Shown here one piece after another: positions 37,012 through 45,134 of a stretch of DNA of 64,000 bases. Numbering within the stretch: the stretch's first letter is position 1; each line of letters opens with the position of its first letter. This DNA is from a virus (Duplodnaviria; Heunggongvirae; Uroviricota; Caudoviricetes): the IMG/VR virus record IMGVR_UViG_3300048590_001376. One strand, 5' to 3'. A program made the translations under genes and the position numbers. The notes under the pieces were generated by a model. That model made no database searches. It worked only from the letters and a program-made list of their open reading frames with translations, and was not told the origin of the DNA.

Positions 37012-38414
37012 TTCACGAACTCTGCCACTTGTCCGATGCCGTCCGGTGAGTCGATTAACCGGATGTCCTGAAATGAGTCTGCATACCTGCTTTTTTGCAA
37101 CTCACGAACCACCTGGACATAGACTTCCCGTATCTCTGCATCGGCGTGCCGGGAGCATCGCTGTTGAACCATCCTGCGCCACTGACTGACGGACGCGGAG
37201 AAGATCATTTCGGTTTGCAGTGCGTTGCCGAGATAGCCGCGTGCCGCGCCGCGGGCTTGCTTGCGGGCGGAAGTCTTGTCGACCTTGCGGTCGATCAGAT
37301 ACGCCTCAAGCTCGTGAACGGTCAGACGGTAAGTGTTCTGTGCCGACTTCATCGTTTCATCCGCACAGCTCGGGATAGCTGTGTCTTCGGCATGCACATC
37401 GTTGATGTATGCCGTGATCAGTGGATGCTCGACCCACGGCGAACCATCTTCATCCACATACCGCGTACTCCGCTGGCTGATCGCGGTGAAGTCGCCATGT
37501 CGGACTTGCTCGTGTGAGAAGCCGCGGCTGCCGGAGAGGTAGAGGGAGATCCACTTTTCGTGGTCAGTTTCAGGCGGCATGATCATCGCCGAAGTCGACG
37601 ACGATTGCTCCGGTCGCTTAATGATGTGTGGCGCAACTTGATGGCCAAGCTCAGCGAGAAGACGACCAAGATCATTGTGAGCATCAATTCGATACTCGTC
37701 GTCAAGGTTACCGAACTCGTCGGCGAAGGATTGCCATTCGAGTATCGCGCGAAGATTGACGGTTATTCTGAAATCGGCATTGTGCCAGTGGCTGTGGAAG
37801 ATAATGCCGGGACGATTAATCAGCAGATAGGCAGCGTAATCGGCATCGAAGCCCTGAACGCCGATCGTGAAATTGAAATGCTCCAACACGCTGCCGTGGC
37901 CAACGGCGAGGATGTGGTCGTGGTAGCCCTCAACTCTGCTGCATGACACGCCGGCTTTTTGTGCGAAATGGGCGGCGACATCGCTCCATTTCCTGAACTT
38001 GCCTGCCTTCATTGCGAACTCGATCAGCGACAGATTGTCGCCGTTTGCTGCGTCGTGATAGCGGCCATCCTTTATGTTCACAAATGCCGATGGATTGGAA
38101 TCTGCTCGACCGAACGCATGGCACGTCATGCAGCCATTGTGCTCGACGCCAACAAACTGCACCCCCAGCTCCCGATACTCGGCAATCACGTCTAGTTTCG
38201 ATGCGATCTCCGCGCTATTGAACTCTCCTGATCGGCTAAAGCTCGGCCTGCCCTTGCCCAGAGAGTCGTAACATACTCGCCCTGCCAACTCGCTCAGCCG
38301 CTCAGCCGCCGTCCCCTGCATTTGATCGCTGCGCGGCACGCCCATCTCTGGCGGAATTCGCACTTCGTCGCCGCCGTCCCAAACAAGGCGGGCTTTCAGT
38401 AGATCGTTGGACAT
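37008..38414 (-). CDS. thyX: ThyX-like flavin-dependent thymidylate synthase, unusually long with an N-terminal extension and an internal insertion.
   Basis: Motifs GHGSVLEHFNFT, SRGFSHEQVRHGDFTAISQRSTRYVD (RHR motif present as RHG; S-x-R-Y present), and ARGAARGYLGNALQTEMIFSASVSQWRRMV. The 468 aa length compares with about 220-250 for typical ThyX. Confidence 0.55.
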   Translation of the reverse strand: MSNDLLKARLVWDGGDEVRIPPEMGVPRSDQMQGTAAERLSELAGRVCYDSLGKGRPSFSRSGEFNSAEIASKLDVIAEYRELGVQFVGVEHNGCMTCHAFGRADSNPSAFVNIKDGRYHDAANGDNLSLIEFAMKAGKFRKWSDVAAHFAQKAGVSCSRVEGYHDHILAVGHGSVLEHFNFTIGVQGFDADYAAYLLINRPGIIFHSHWHNADFRITVNLRAILEWQSFADEFGNLDDEYRIDAHNDLGRLLAELGHQVAPHIIKRPEQSSSTSAMIMPPETDHEKWISLYLSGSRGFSHEQVRHGDFTAISQRSTRYVDEDGSPWVEHPLITAYINDVHAEDTAIPSCADETMKSAQNTYRLTVHELEAYLIDRKVDKTSARKQARGAARGYLGNALQTEMIFSASVSQWRRMVQQRCSRHADAEIREVYVQVVRELQKSRYADSFQDIRLIDSPDGIGQVAEFVK

Positions 38415-38754
38415 GAGGGTGCTCCTAGAGTTTCAGGAAAGAGGAAAGGGGTTAAGGGTCAGGCCGCCGCCTGTTTCCGCCGGGCGAACTTCACTTGGTT
38501 GCGATAGATGCGATCACACTGCTCGTTCGCCTTGTCGGCCGAGCCGTATGGCCCGATGACACCGACTTTCATCGACTTGTCGAGCACGATCGCCAGCGGC
38601 GGCAAGGCCCAGTTCGTGCGATCGATCCAGACTTCTTTGCTCCGGCCGTCGAAGCAAACCCACCAGCGCGAGCAGAACAGCGCGAAGCCTGTTCGCTGAA
38701 TGGCCAGGCCGATCTGGATTCCGATGACGACGGCGATGAGGGCGATGAGGATGT

Positions 38755-39201
38755 TCATTGAGTCGACTGTGCTTTCAGGTAGTGCTCGTACTCCGGCCGC
38801 TCCGGGATGTCGATCAGGTGCGGCATTTTTTCCTCGAAGTGGCACAGCGTCATCAGGTTCCAAATCGCATGACCCAGATCGTCCTCTTCCGTCTTCCCTT
38901 CCAGATAGCTGGCGATATGCTCCAGCGCGTGGTTGATCAACACGCTGGCGGGCATGCCCTTTTTCCAGTTGTGCGGCGGGTACTTCACGGCCCCTTCCGC
39001 ACAGGCATTGCCGACGCGACGCAGGCCGACAGGGCTGATCAGATCGAGGCGAGCCTTGGGGCTGCTGCCGCGAACGGCTCCGGTGTCGAACTTCGTGACG
39101 GCTTGGTCGTCCATGATTTCCTCGAACCCTCCGTGATAGATGCCGCCGCACGGCCCGCGAACAGGAATGGCCATGAACGTGCGAATGTTGCTGTCAGCCA
39201 T
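38755..39201 (-). CDS. dATP/dGTP pyrophosphohydrolase N-terminal-type domain protein (MazZ-like).
   Basis: GAVKYPPHNWKKGMPASVLINHALEHIASYLEG...DDLGHAIWNLMTLCHFEE resembles a phage dNTP diphosphohydrolase domain. Start at the internal ATG at 39199-39201; the Arg/Ser-rich N-terminal extension in the ORF track is rejected. Confidence 0.5.
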   Translation of the reverse strand: MADSNIRTFMAIPVRGPCGGIYHGGFEEIMDDQAVTKFDTGAVRGSSPKARLDLISPVGLRRVGNACAEGAVKYPPHNWKKGMPASVLINHALEHIASYLEGKTEEDDLGHAIWNLMTLCHFEEKMPHLIDIPERPEYEHYLKAQSTQ

Positions 39202-39610
39202 CGTGATTCCTGCGCGGCAGCGACCCTGGATAGGGATTGCGTGCTTCCGGCGGCGAGCTGAACTCGGTCGGAATGAAATCGCCAGTCTCGGCGGGCAGAT
39301 TGGATTGCTCCGGCTCCGGCTCGGCCAGCCTGCGCTGGAGCGATTCGGGCAACTGGAGCACGAACTGCTCGGCGATCGCGGCGATCTGCTTGACGGCCGC
39401 CGGCTCATCGGTCAGCGATTCGTGCAGCAGCTCGCGGAGCGCGGCGAGCTTGGCGGCCAGGTCTTTTGAGAGCGACGGCTGATTCTGGAGCTTGGCGATT
39501 TCAACGCCAATGGCCTGTCGGAATTTACCGGAAATCGCGGCATGCCGAGTGTACTTCGGTGAGTTGGTCCAGGCCGTGTAGCGGCGGATAGCAAGGAGAA
39601 GATCGACCAT
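39194..39610 (-). CDS. Hypothetical protein.
   Basis: 138 aa; first gene downstream of the divergent promoter region. Overlaps the downstream gene by 8 nt. Confidence 0.4.
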   Translation of the reverse strand: MVDLLLAIRRYTAWTNSPKYTRHAAISGKFRQAIGVEIAKLQNQPSLSKDLAAKLAALRELLHESLTDEPAAVKQIAAIAEQFVLQLPESLQRRLAEPEPEQSNLPAETGDFIPTEFSSPPEARNPYPGSLPRRNHDG

Positions 39611-39699
39611 ATTACTGGCCCCCTAGGACGCGGAGGAAAGCGACGGCGGCGGGAAGCTTTGTCCTTGATCGCCCGAACGCGGCTGGTCGCCGCCGTCGC

Positions 39700-39780
39700 G
39701 AGGGCAGAATATGGCCGACTGTTATCAAAACTGTCAACAAGATTTTTTAATCGTTGCTGATAACGGGGTTAGGTATAATC
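39700..39780. promoter_or_regulatory. Divergent promoter/operator region.
   Basis: Leftward (minus strand): TTGACA at plus 39731-39736, an 18-nt spacer, then CATATT at plus 39707-39712. Rightward: TTGCTG at 39753-39758, a 14-nt spacer, then TATAAT at 39773-39778. An inverted repeat GTTATCA (39720-39726) / TGATAAC (39757-39763) overlaps both promoters. Confidence 0.4.
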
Positions 39781-39817
39781 GATGCAGTGGCTCCGGCACT
39801 TAATGGAGGGGAACGAA

Positions 39818-40126
39818 ATGGCACACCAACAGAAGCAGAGTTATTGCTATCGGTGTCAACAGGTGTCGCTGCACACCCGCGACACCTACGAAGTTCCGCA
39901 CGTACTACACCTAGGGCTGGCGCTCTTGATGTGCGGACTGTGGCTGCCGTTCTGGATTTTGCACGCAGCGCTGAATGCCTATTCAACGATGCCCTATCGC
40001 TGCTCGGTGTGCGGGCAAATTGCCGGCGAACGGATTGATTCGCCGTGGGCCAGGGCAATCGGTAGGTCCGTGAGAAAATCGCTCAAGCCTGGTGTCAGCG
40101 ACTCCACGGAGCAGGCGACTCGTTAG
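39818..40126 (+). CDS. Small membrane protein with two CxxC pairs flanking a TM helix. It is the only plus-strand gene in the window.
   Basis: Start at the ATG at 39818, with GGAGGGG 7 nt upstream. CYRC...LGLALLMCGLWLPFWILHAALNAY...CSVCGQ. Overlaps the stop of the convergent gene 40123..40323 by 4 nt. Confidence 0.45.
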   Translation: MAHQQKQSYCYRCQQVSLHTRDTYEVPHVLHLGLALLMCGLWLPFWILHAALNAYSTMPYRCSVCGQIAGERIDSPWARAIGRSVRKSLKPGVSDSTEQATR

Positions 40127-40323
40127 CGGCATTGCTTGTGCTTGCGCTTGCTTAACTCCCTTGGCCCCAGCCGCTCGTAGCAATCCCCGCAGCGATTGTG
40201 CGGCGGATCGTGATGCGGAAACTCCGCGCAGCATGCCTCGCAGATGAATTCGAGGCAATCATCGCACTGCTTTAGTTCGTCGCGGCTGCACCTGGCGCCG
40301 CAGTTGGCACAACGCATAGTCAT
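40123..40323 (-). CDS. Cys-rich zinc-ribbon-like small protein.
   Basis: 66 aa with CANCGARC...CDDC...CEACC...CGDC. ATGA overlap with the upstream gene. Confidence 0.4.
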   Translation of the reverse strand: MTMRCANCGARCSRDELKQCDDCLEFICEACCAEFPHHDPPHNRCGDCYERLGPRELSKRKHKQCR

Positions 40324-40853
40324 TCCGGCTTGTGTTCAATCTGCTGCGCCTTGTCGATCTGTTGCTTCAACAGGAACAGCGATTGGAGTTGTTCATCTGT
40401 GAGTGATTGCGCCACCCGCTCCGCGAGGGCGTACGGTTGACTTCCATCGGGCGTGGTCGGGGCGATCTTGACTGGCTTGTAGAGCCCGAACAGCTTGCAA
40501 ATCTCGGCGTTGGCGGCAATCACTTCCATACCAGAGTCGGATTGCCGGATCACGGTTCGCAGCGAGGCGAGCACGTTGGCGACAAGCTCACGCGGGCCTT
40601 CGTCGGCGAGGGATAGCAAATAATCTCTCGCGCGAGAAATGTACGTTTCGGCCTGACGACCACCCACGCCGTATTTCTGCTTCAGCATCGCCTTGATCTG
40701 ATGCTTATGAAAGTGCCTCGCCAGCATGTCCGCGCAAGCAGCCACCCGCTCGTTGACATCCTTCGCCGTGGACTTGGGGGTGCGTACCTTCCCGTCCTTC
40801 GTGGTGACATACTTGTGACCAGTCTGGGGGTCGGTGATCGGCTCGGTCATCAC
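40320..40853 (-). CDS. Hypothetical protein.
   Basis: 177-aa ORF with a 4-nt overlap. Confidence 0.45.
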   Translation of the reverse strand: MMTEPITDPQTGHKYVTTKDGKVRTPKSTAKDVNERVAACADMLARHFHKHQIKAMLKQKYGVGGRQAETYISRARDYLLSLADEGPRELVANVLASLRTVIRQSDSGMEVIAANAEICKLFGLYKPVKIAPTTPDGSQPYALAERVAQSLTDEQLQSLFLLKQQIDKAQQIEHKPE

Positions 40854-41065
40854 GCATTGCCCTGGTAAACCTTGATCGGCGGCGGCGGCGGCGAAGGAGT
40901 CGGCCGGAGTGACTTCATTGCCTCGCGATCAGGCCACCCAGGCGGCTTGGAGATTCCATCACCACCACATACCTTGCATGGCACGCGACGCCAGAACTGC
41001 CACCAGCGGGCCGATGGGTCCGGCATGGTGCCGCTGCTCCGACATTGATCGCACCAGTTTTTCAC
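40850..41065 (-). CDS. Small Cys-containing (zinc-ribbon-like) protein.
   Basis: 71 aa with CDQC...CKVCGG. Confidence 0.35.
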   Translation of the reverse strand: MKNWCDQCRSSGTMPDPSARWWQFWRRVPCKVCGGDGISKPPGWPDREAMKSLRPTPSPPPPPIKVYQGNA

Positions 41066-41234
41066 GGCGACCTCGATTGCAAAATAAACATGCAGATCAA
41101 AAACGGCGACACGATGAACGTGCCAACCGCGATACCGACTGCAATTCCTAGTGCGTAGAAAAAACCACAGCGACCACGATCGGAATTCAGATCAAACACA
41201 CCGAGTCTTGTGTTGATCCGCAAAAGCAAGTCGA

Positions 41235-41759
41235 TCATCTTCGCTTCGCCTTTTTCCTTCGCTTGGCGGCCAGCAACTTCGGCAAGTCCTCTTCGGACAC
41301 AATGTAGCCCCGGCAGTTATACGAGCCACAGTGACATTTCGGGAACTCCCCTTGAAACGGCCAGCCGTAGTCGTAGCACAATTCCTGCCCGGTAGCGATG
41401 AAGCACAGAGCGCGCAACTCCCAACAGTGTGGGATGTTGGGATTGGTGTTCTGGATGCAGTTCGGCGAGCAGGAGTGGTTGACCAGGCCCCCCGGCATGT
41501 AGGGCTCCAGGATCATGCGATGATCGTCCAGTTCCATGCAGTAATGCGAGCCATAGGGCGATCGCTTGGTGTCTGGAATCAGCCGGCCGTAGATTCGCAT
41601 GACCAGCTCGTCCGGGAGAAAATCGCGCAGGGCGATCACAGAACGGCCAGCGTTGGGCGTGGTGATGATTTCAAAATTCGAGTAGAGATAGTCGTCCGTG
41701 CCGCGGCCATCGGGGTCGGTGAAGCGCGCGCGGGGGTTATTCTTCTTCGTCTTCGCCAT
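41235..41759 (-). CDS. SET-domain protein lysine methyltransferase with a post-SET Cys cluster.
   Basis: GGLVNHSCSPNC...ELCYDYGW...CHCGSYNCRGYI matches the SET plus post-SET signature. Start at the ATG at 41757-41759; the ORF-track start at 41789 is a TTG codon. Confidence 0.65.
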   Translation of the reverse strand: MAKTKKNNPRARFTDPDGRGTDDYLYSNFEIITTPNAGRSVIALRDFLPDELVMRIYGRLIPDTKRSPYGSHYCMELDDHRMILEPYMPGGLVNHSCSPNCIQNTNPNIPHCWELRALCFIATGQELCYDYGWPFQGEFPKCHCGSYNCRGYIVSEEDLPKLLAAKRRKKAKRR

Positions 41760-42879
41760 CGTTTTCGTCTTCTGTTTCGTCGGGGTCAAAGTACAGGAAC
41801 ACCGGGTCGCCCGTTTCCGGGCAGAGAGCCCAGAAATTGTGCGTGTCGGTCGGCACGGTCATTTCGCGAATCGGAATGTAACCATGGGCGCCGCCGCAGC
41901 GATCGCAGCAAGGGATCGATGAATAGGGTTGCTCTTCGGCCTTTTTCGGGTCGGCCTGGATGACGCGCATGGCGCAGAGCGAATCGAACACGCCGCGGCC
42001 GTCGATGATCGTGCGGTCCTGCTCGGTCCCTTGGTCCAGCGCGCAGGCAAAGGCATCGCGTTGAATGCGATCTTTGAAAACGAGCACGGCATAGAAGCCT
42101 GGATCGTCGCGGTCCCCGGTGGAAGAGACTTGCTTCTGGGTGCGGTCGGTCGCCTCGCGGATTCTCTCGGCCAAGTCCTCTAAGTCAGGCGCGCGATCCT
42201 CGAATCCTTCGTCGCCAAAGAGGCGGTAGTATTCGCCCAGGTCAAAGCCCGCTTCCTCGATGCCGATCTTGTCATCGGCGAAGAGAGATTTCAGTTTGTC
42301 TTGATCGTACTCGCCTTGCATGAGCGCGTTGGAAAGTGCGGTCATGGTTTCCAGGTGAGTTTTTTCGTCCATGTCGACCACGGCGACGTGCAGCCGGTAG
42401 TTGGTCCCCTTGTGGTGCGAATCCATGATCGAGAGACGCTGGTGGCCGCCGACGAGATAGCCGTTGCGTTTGTTCCAGACGATCGGCTCGATCAGGCCGA
42501 CGCGCTTGATCGTCGATTGGAGCTTCTTGCGGGCCTTGGACGTGATGGTTTTCGGGTTTTTCGGGTGCGGCTTGAGATCGCGCCGGTGCTTGACCTCGAA
42601 CGTGAATTTCTCCAGCTCGGTCAGCGCGGCGGGCGCAGTGTCTTTAGCGCGCGAGGACTTCGCGGCGGCTGGAGAGGGTGTTTCAGAGGGAGAGGGGTCG
42701 CCGGCGGCTTCTGCGGGCTCGGCCTGTGGGCTGCCTGTGTGATCGTCGTGTGATGGCTGTGGGGCTTCTGCGGGCTCCCCGGTGCCAACGACTGGCTCTC
42801 CGGCCTCACTGGGCGGCTGAGGCGGCTGCTGCTTCGCCTTGCGGGGCTTCCTGGCCTTCGTCTCGTCAGTTAGTTCCAT
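41737..42879 (-). CDS. ParB-like nuclease domain (ParB/Srx fold) protein, IbrB-like.
   Basis: IEPIVWNKRNGYLVGGHQRLSIMD resembles the ParBc motif. Has an acidic low-complexity N-terminus and an acidic C-terminus. Confidence 0.5.
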   Translation of the reverse strand: MELTDETKARKPRKAKQQPPQPPSEAGEPVVGTGEPAEAPQPSHDDHTGSPQAEPAEAAGDPSPSETPSPAAAKSSRAKDTAPAALTELEKFTFEVKHRRDLKPHPKNPKTITSKARKKLQSTIKRVGLIEPIVWNKRNGYLVGGHQRLSIMDSHHKGTNYRLHVAVVDMDEKTHLETMTALSNALMQGEYDQDKLKSLFADDKIGIEEAGFDLGEYYRLFGDEGFEDRAPDLEDLAERIREATDRTQKQVSSTGDRDDPGFYAVLVFKDRIQRDAFACALDQGTEQDRTIIDGRGVFDSLCAMRVIQADPKKAEEQPYSSIPCCDRCGGAHGYIPIREMTVPTDTHNFWALCPETGDPVFLYFDPDETEDENDGEDEEE

Positions 42880-43445
42880 GTTCTGCCTCTGATTACGTTG
42901 GCGATCGTTGCAGCACTGACACCAAACTCACGGCCGAGCATTGCGTAACTCATGTCGCCAACGGCATATTTGCGGCGAATCTCACTCGCCTTAGCTGTGG
43001 TCAGAATGGCGCTGCCGTTTAGTTCGCCCTTGTTGTGTCGAGTCTGAGTGTTATGCCTGATTCGATCTCGATAATTCTCCATTGGCGTGCCCCACTTGAT
43101 TTCGCTTAACCGATTGTCGGACTTATCGCCATCCTTATGACGACACTCCTGACCCGGCGGACACGGACCAACGAATGCTTCGAGAATAAGGCGATGAACC
43201 AAACAAAGTATTTTCTTGCCATCGCGACACAGGCTGACTCGGTAGTACCCGCCTGATGTTTTAATTGGACGAAGCTGATGCCACGTATCACTTAAATAAG
43301 ATTCGCAGCCACCACCTTTTTTGCCCCTGACTTTCCGGCAGCTCCAAACAGAGCCATCATCGCCTGCCCTATAGCCAGGGAACCGCTTAATCGGCCTGTA
43401 CTGGACGGGCACGGTCTTTTGCTGCTGCATGCGTTCCAATTCCAT
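42870..43445 (-). CDS. HNH homing endonuclease (NUMOD4 plus HNH_3).
   Basis: RPIKRFPGYRAGDDGSVWS (NUMOD4-like) and CRHKDGDKSDNRLSEIKWGT (HNH). Start taken at the internal ATG at 43443-43445 to avoid overlapping the PAPS-reductase-like gene. Inserted between the ParB-like and PAPS-reductase-like genes. Confidence 0.55.
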   Translation of the reverse strand: MELERMQQQKTVPVQYRPIKRFPGYRAGDDGSVWSCRKVRGKKGGGCESYLSDTWHQLRPIKTSGGYYRVSLCRDGKKILCLVHRLILEAFVGPCPPGQECRHKDGDKSDNRLSEIKWGTPMENYRDRIRHNTQTRHNKGELNGSAILTTAKASEIRRKYAVGDMSYAMLGREFGVSAATIANVIRGRTWN

Positions 43446-44106
43446 ACCAATCACGACGCTTAACAATTGCTTCAACGAATGGATAGACAAGCCGGATTTT
43501 CTCGTAATCCTCCGGGAAGGAATCATATAGCCACAGTACGCTCGAAACCGTCAACCCCAGACCGCCAGAAGTTGCCCCGTCCGACGATGGGACGGGGATT
43601 TTCTTGGATTGCAAATAGGCGAGAACGTGCCACTTGTTCCATTTCTCGATCGGATAGATGCGTTCCTGGTGAGACTTCGAGAGCGCTTTCATCGTCCGGC
43701 GACGCCAGAGCGAATCGGACATCTTGCCACCATGGGCCACGATCGAGCATTTGGCGTCAGAGAGGGCCAGCCGCTCGATGTCATGGACATTCAGGTCGGG
43801 CATCGAGGCGAACGCGGGGTCCGGGAAGCGGTAGGTGCCGTGCTTGAGGCATTGCAGCATGCCCCAGTGCGGATACTGGCGGATGTCGATTTTCCATCGC
43901 TGGCGAGCGTACTCCAGGCGTTCTTCGACGTGGGCCAGGCCCGGCACGAAAAACATGTGAAACGCTTCAACGCGCGCGAAGAGAGAGCAGCACAGGTCCA
44001 TCACGCACAGCGAATCCTTGCCGCCGGAGTAGCTGACGAGGATCGAGTCGTGCTCTTTGGCGAGACGGACCAGACGCTTAATGGTCTGGTCGAATACGAC
44101 AGCCAT
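43387..44106 (-). CDS. PAPS reductase / PP-loop ATP pyrophosphatase family protein (IbrA-like).
   Basis: ILVSYSGGKDSLCVMDL contains the PP-loop SGGKDS. Start at the ATG at 44104-44106. Confidence 0.6.
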   Translation of the reverse strand: MAVVFDQTIKRLVRLAKEHDSILVSYSGGKDSLCVMDLCCSLFARVEAFHMFFVPGLAHVEERLEYARQRWKIDIRQYPHWGMLQCLKHGTYRFPDPAFASMPDLNVHDIERLALSDAKCSIVAHGGKMSDSLWRRRTMKALSKSHQERIYPIEKWNKWHVLAYLQSKKIPVPSSDGATSGGLGLTVSSVLWLYDSFPEDYEKIRLVYPFVEAIVKRRDWYGIGTHAAAKDRARPVQAD

Positions 44107-44208
44107 CGGTGAAGCCCCGAACGCGCACAAAAAAAGAGCAGCCAGGATCGCATGAGTTAGATGCGATCCTGGCGAAACAGTCGAGTTGAAGAGACGGACG
44201 CGAGAGGC

Positions 44209-44565
44209 TTACTGCCCGGCGCCGGTCTTGGCGTTGATGCGGCCAGACTTGATCAGCGAGGACAGCTTTCGCTTGCCGTGACGCTTGACGAGATTGGCCA
44301 TGCGGCCACCCTTGCCGCCGGACTTCTTGCCGCCGGACTTTTTCTTCGGCGCGGCCTTTTTCTTCGGCGCGGCCTTCTTCGGTGCGGCTGCCTTTTTCTT
44401 GGCGGCCTTCTTCTTCGGTGCGGCCGGCTTCTTTTTGGGAGCGGCCTTCGGCTTCGCTTTCTTCTTCGCCACGTTGACTCCTTTCACAGTGTCAATGACC
44501 TTGCGAACGGCGCGGCCGGCTTTGTAAGCCACGCTCGGTTCGCTCTTACGACGTTTCTTTGCCAT
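44209..44565 (-). CDS. Histone H1-like Lys/Ala/Pro-rich DNA-binding protein.
   Basis: 118 aa with AKKKAKPKAAPKKKPAAPKKKAAKKKAAAPKKAAPKKKAAPKKK. The gene stands alone with intergenic regions on both sides. Possible TTGACG -35 element upstream. Confidence 0.55.
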   Translation of the reverse strand: MAKKRRKSEPSVAYKAGRAVRKVIDTVKGVNVAKKKAKPKAAPKKKPAAPKKKAAKKKAAAPKKAAPKKKAAPKKKSGGKKSGGKGGRMANLVKRHGKRKLSSLIKSGRINAKTGAGQ

Positions 44566-44655
44566 TGCTTGACTCGCAGCTTGGTATCTGCATTCAACGG
44601 CGATGATTATCGATGCGGACTTGAAAATCCGTCAACGATCTGCGCAAGGTGCGCG

Positions 44656-45057
44656 CTAGGTCCATTCGGTGAATGTCTCGCATTGCTCGCGCTCGAAGCC
44701 GTACTCCGGGATGATCAAGCCGTCGATGTTTTGCTCCAGCCACTCGGCGACGTAGCGACGATGGCAGTAGTCCAATGGCTCGCAGAAGCAGAGCATGGCG
44801 ATCGCTTCGCATCCTGGTGCCAGGCCCGCGGTCAGCTCGGTGAGGAATGCGTGCGGGTCGAGCGAATGGAAGATCGGAAAGTAAAGTGCATCGTACTCCT
44901 CGTGCGTTTTGGCTTTCATGGCCAGCGGCGGCGGCGCGACGGTGTAGATGCGTCTGCCGCGAAAGTTGCGGGCTGGCCAGCGGGCAATCGATACGGGCTC
45001 GATCGAGGGCGGCAGCGTGCGGATGCGAGAAAAACAGGACGTGTAAAGTTCGATCAT
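44656..45057 (-). CDS. DUF488-like protein (uncertain).
   Basis: 133 aa with an MIELYTS...CFCEPLDYCHRRYVAEWL pattern. Preceded by a terminator and the start-associated motif. Confidence 0.35.
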   Translation of the reverse strand: MIELYTSCFSRIRTLPPSIEPVSIARWPARNFRGRRIYTVAPPPLAMKAKTHEEYDALYFPIFHSLDPHAFLTELTAGLAPGCEAIAMLCFCEPLDYCHRRYVAEWLEQNIDGLIIPEYGFEREQCETFTEWT

Positions 45058-45065
45058 GGGTTGGG

Positions 45066-45090
45066 CTCCGAACTAGGTTTTGGGAAAGCG
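45066..45090 (-). promoter_or_regulatory. Start-associated conserved motif (gene strand: TTTCCCAAAACCTAGTTCGGAG-N8-ATG).
   Basis: One of at least 7 instances of TTTCC-N-AAAACCCTAG-SD-N7-8-ATG upstream of early genes. Confidence 0.5.
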
Positions 45091-45092
45091 CA

Positions 45093-45116
45093 TAAAAAAA
45101 CCCGCTCGATGGCGGG
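45093..45116 (-). terminator. Putative Rho-independent terminator.
   Basis: cccgc-tcgatg-gcggg hairpin (45101-45116), followed on the minus strand by a 7-nt T-run (plus-strand aaaaaaa at 45094-45100). Lies downstream of gene 45135..45599. Confidence 0.4.
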
Positions 45117-45134
45117 TGCCTCGATCGAGGATCG

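Noticed and set aside
38459-39151. 230-aa Arg/Pro-rich minus-strand ORF
   Set aside because: Overlaps the MazZ-like gene (38755..39201) in another frame, and that gene has clear family motifs. The Arg-rich composition is typical of an off-frame GC artefact.
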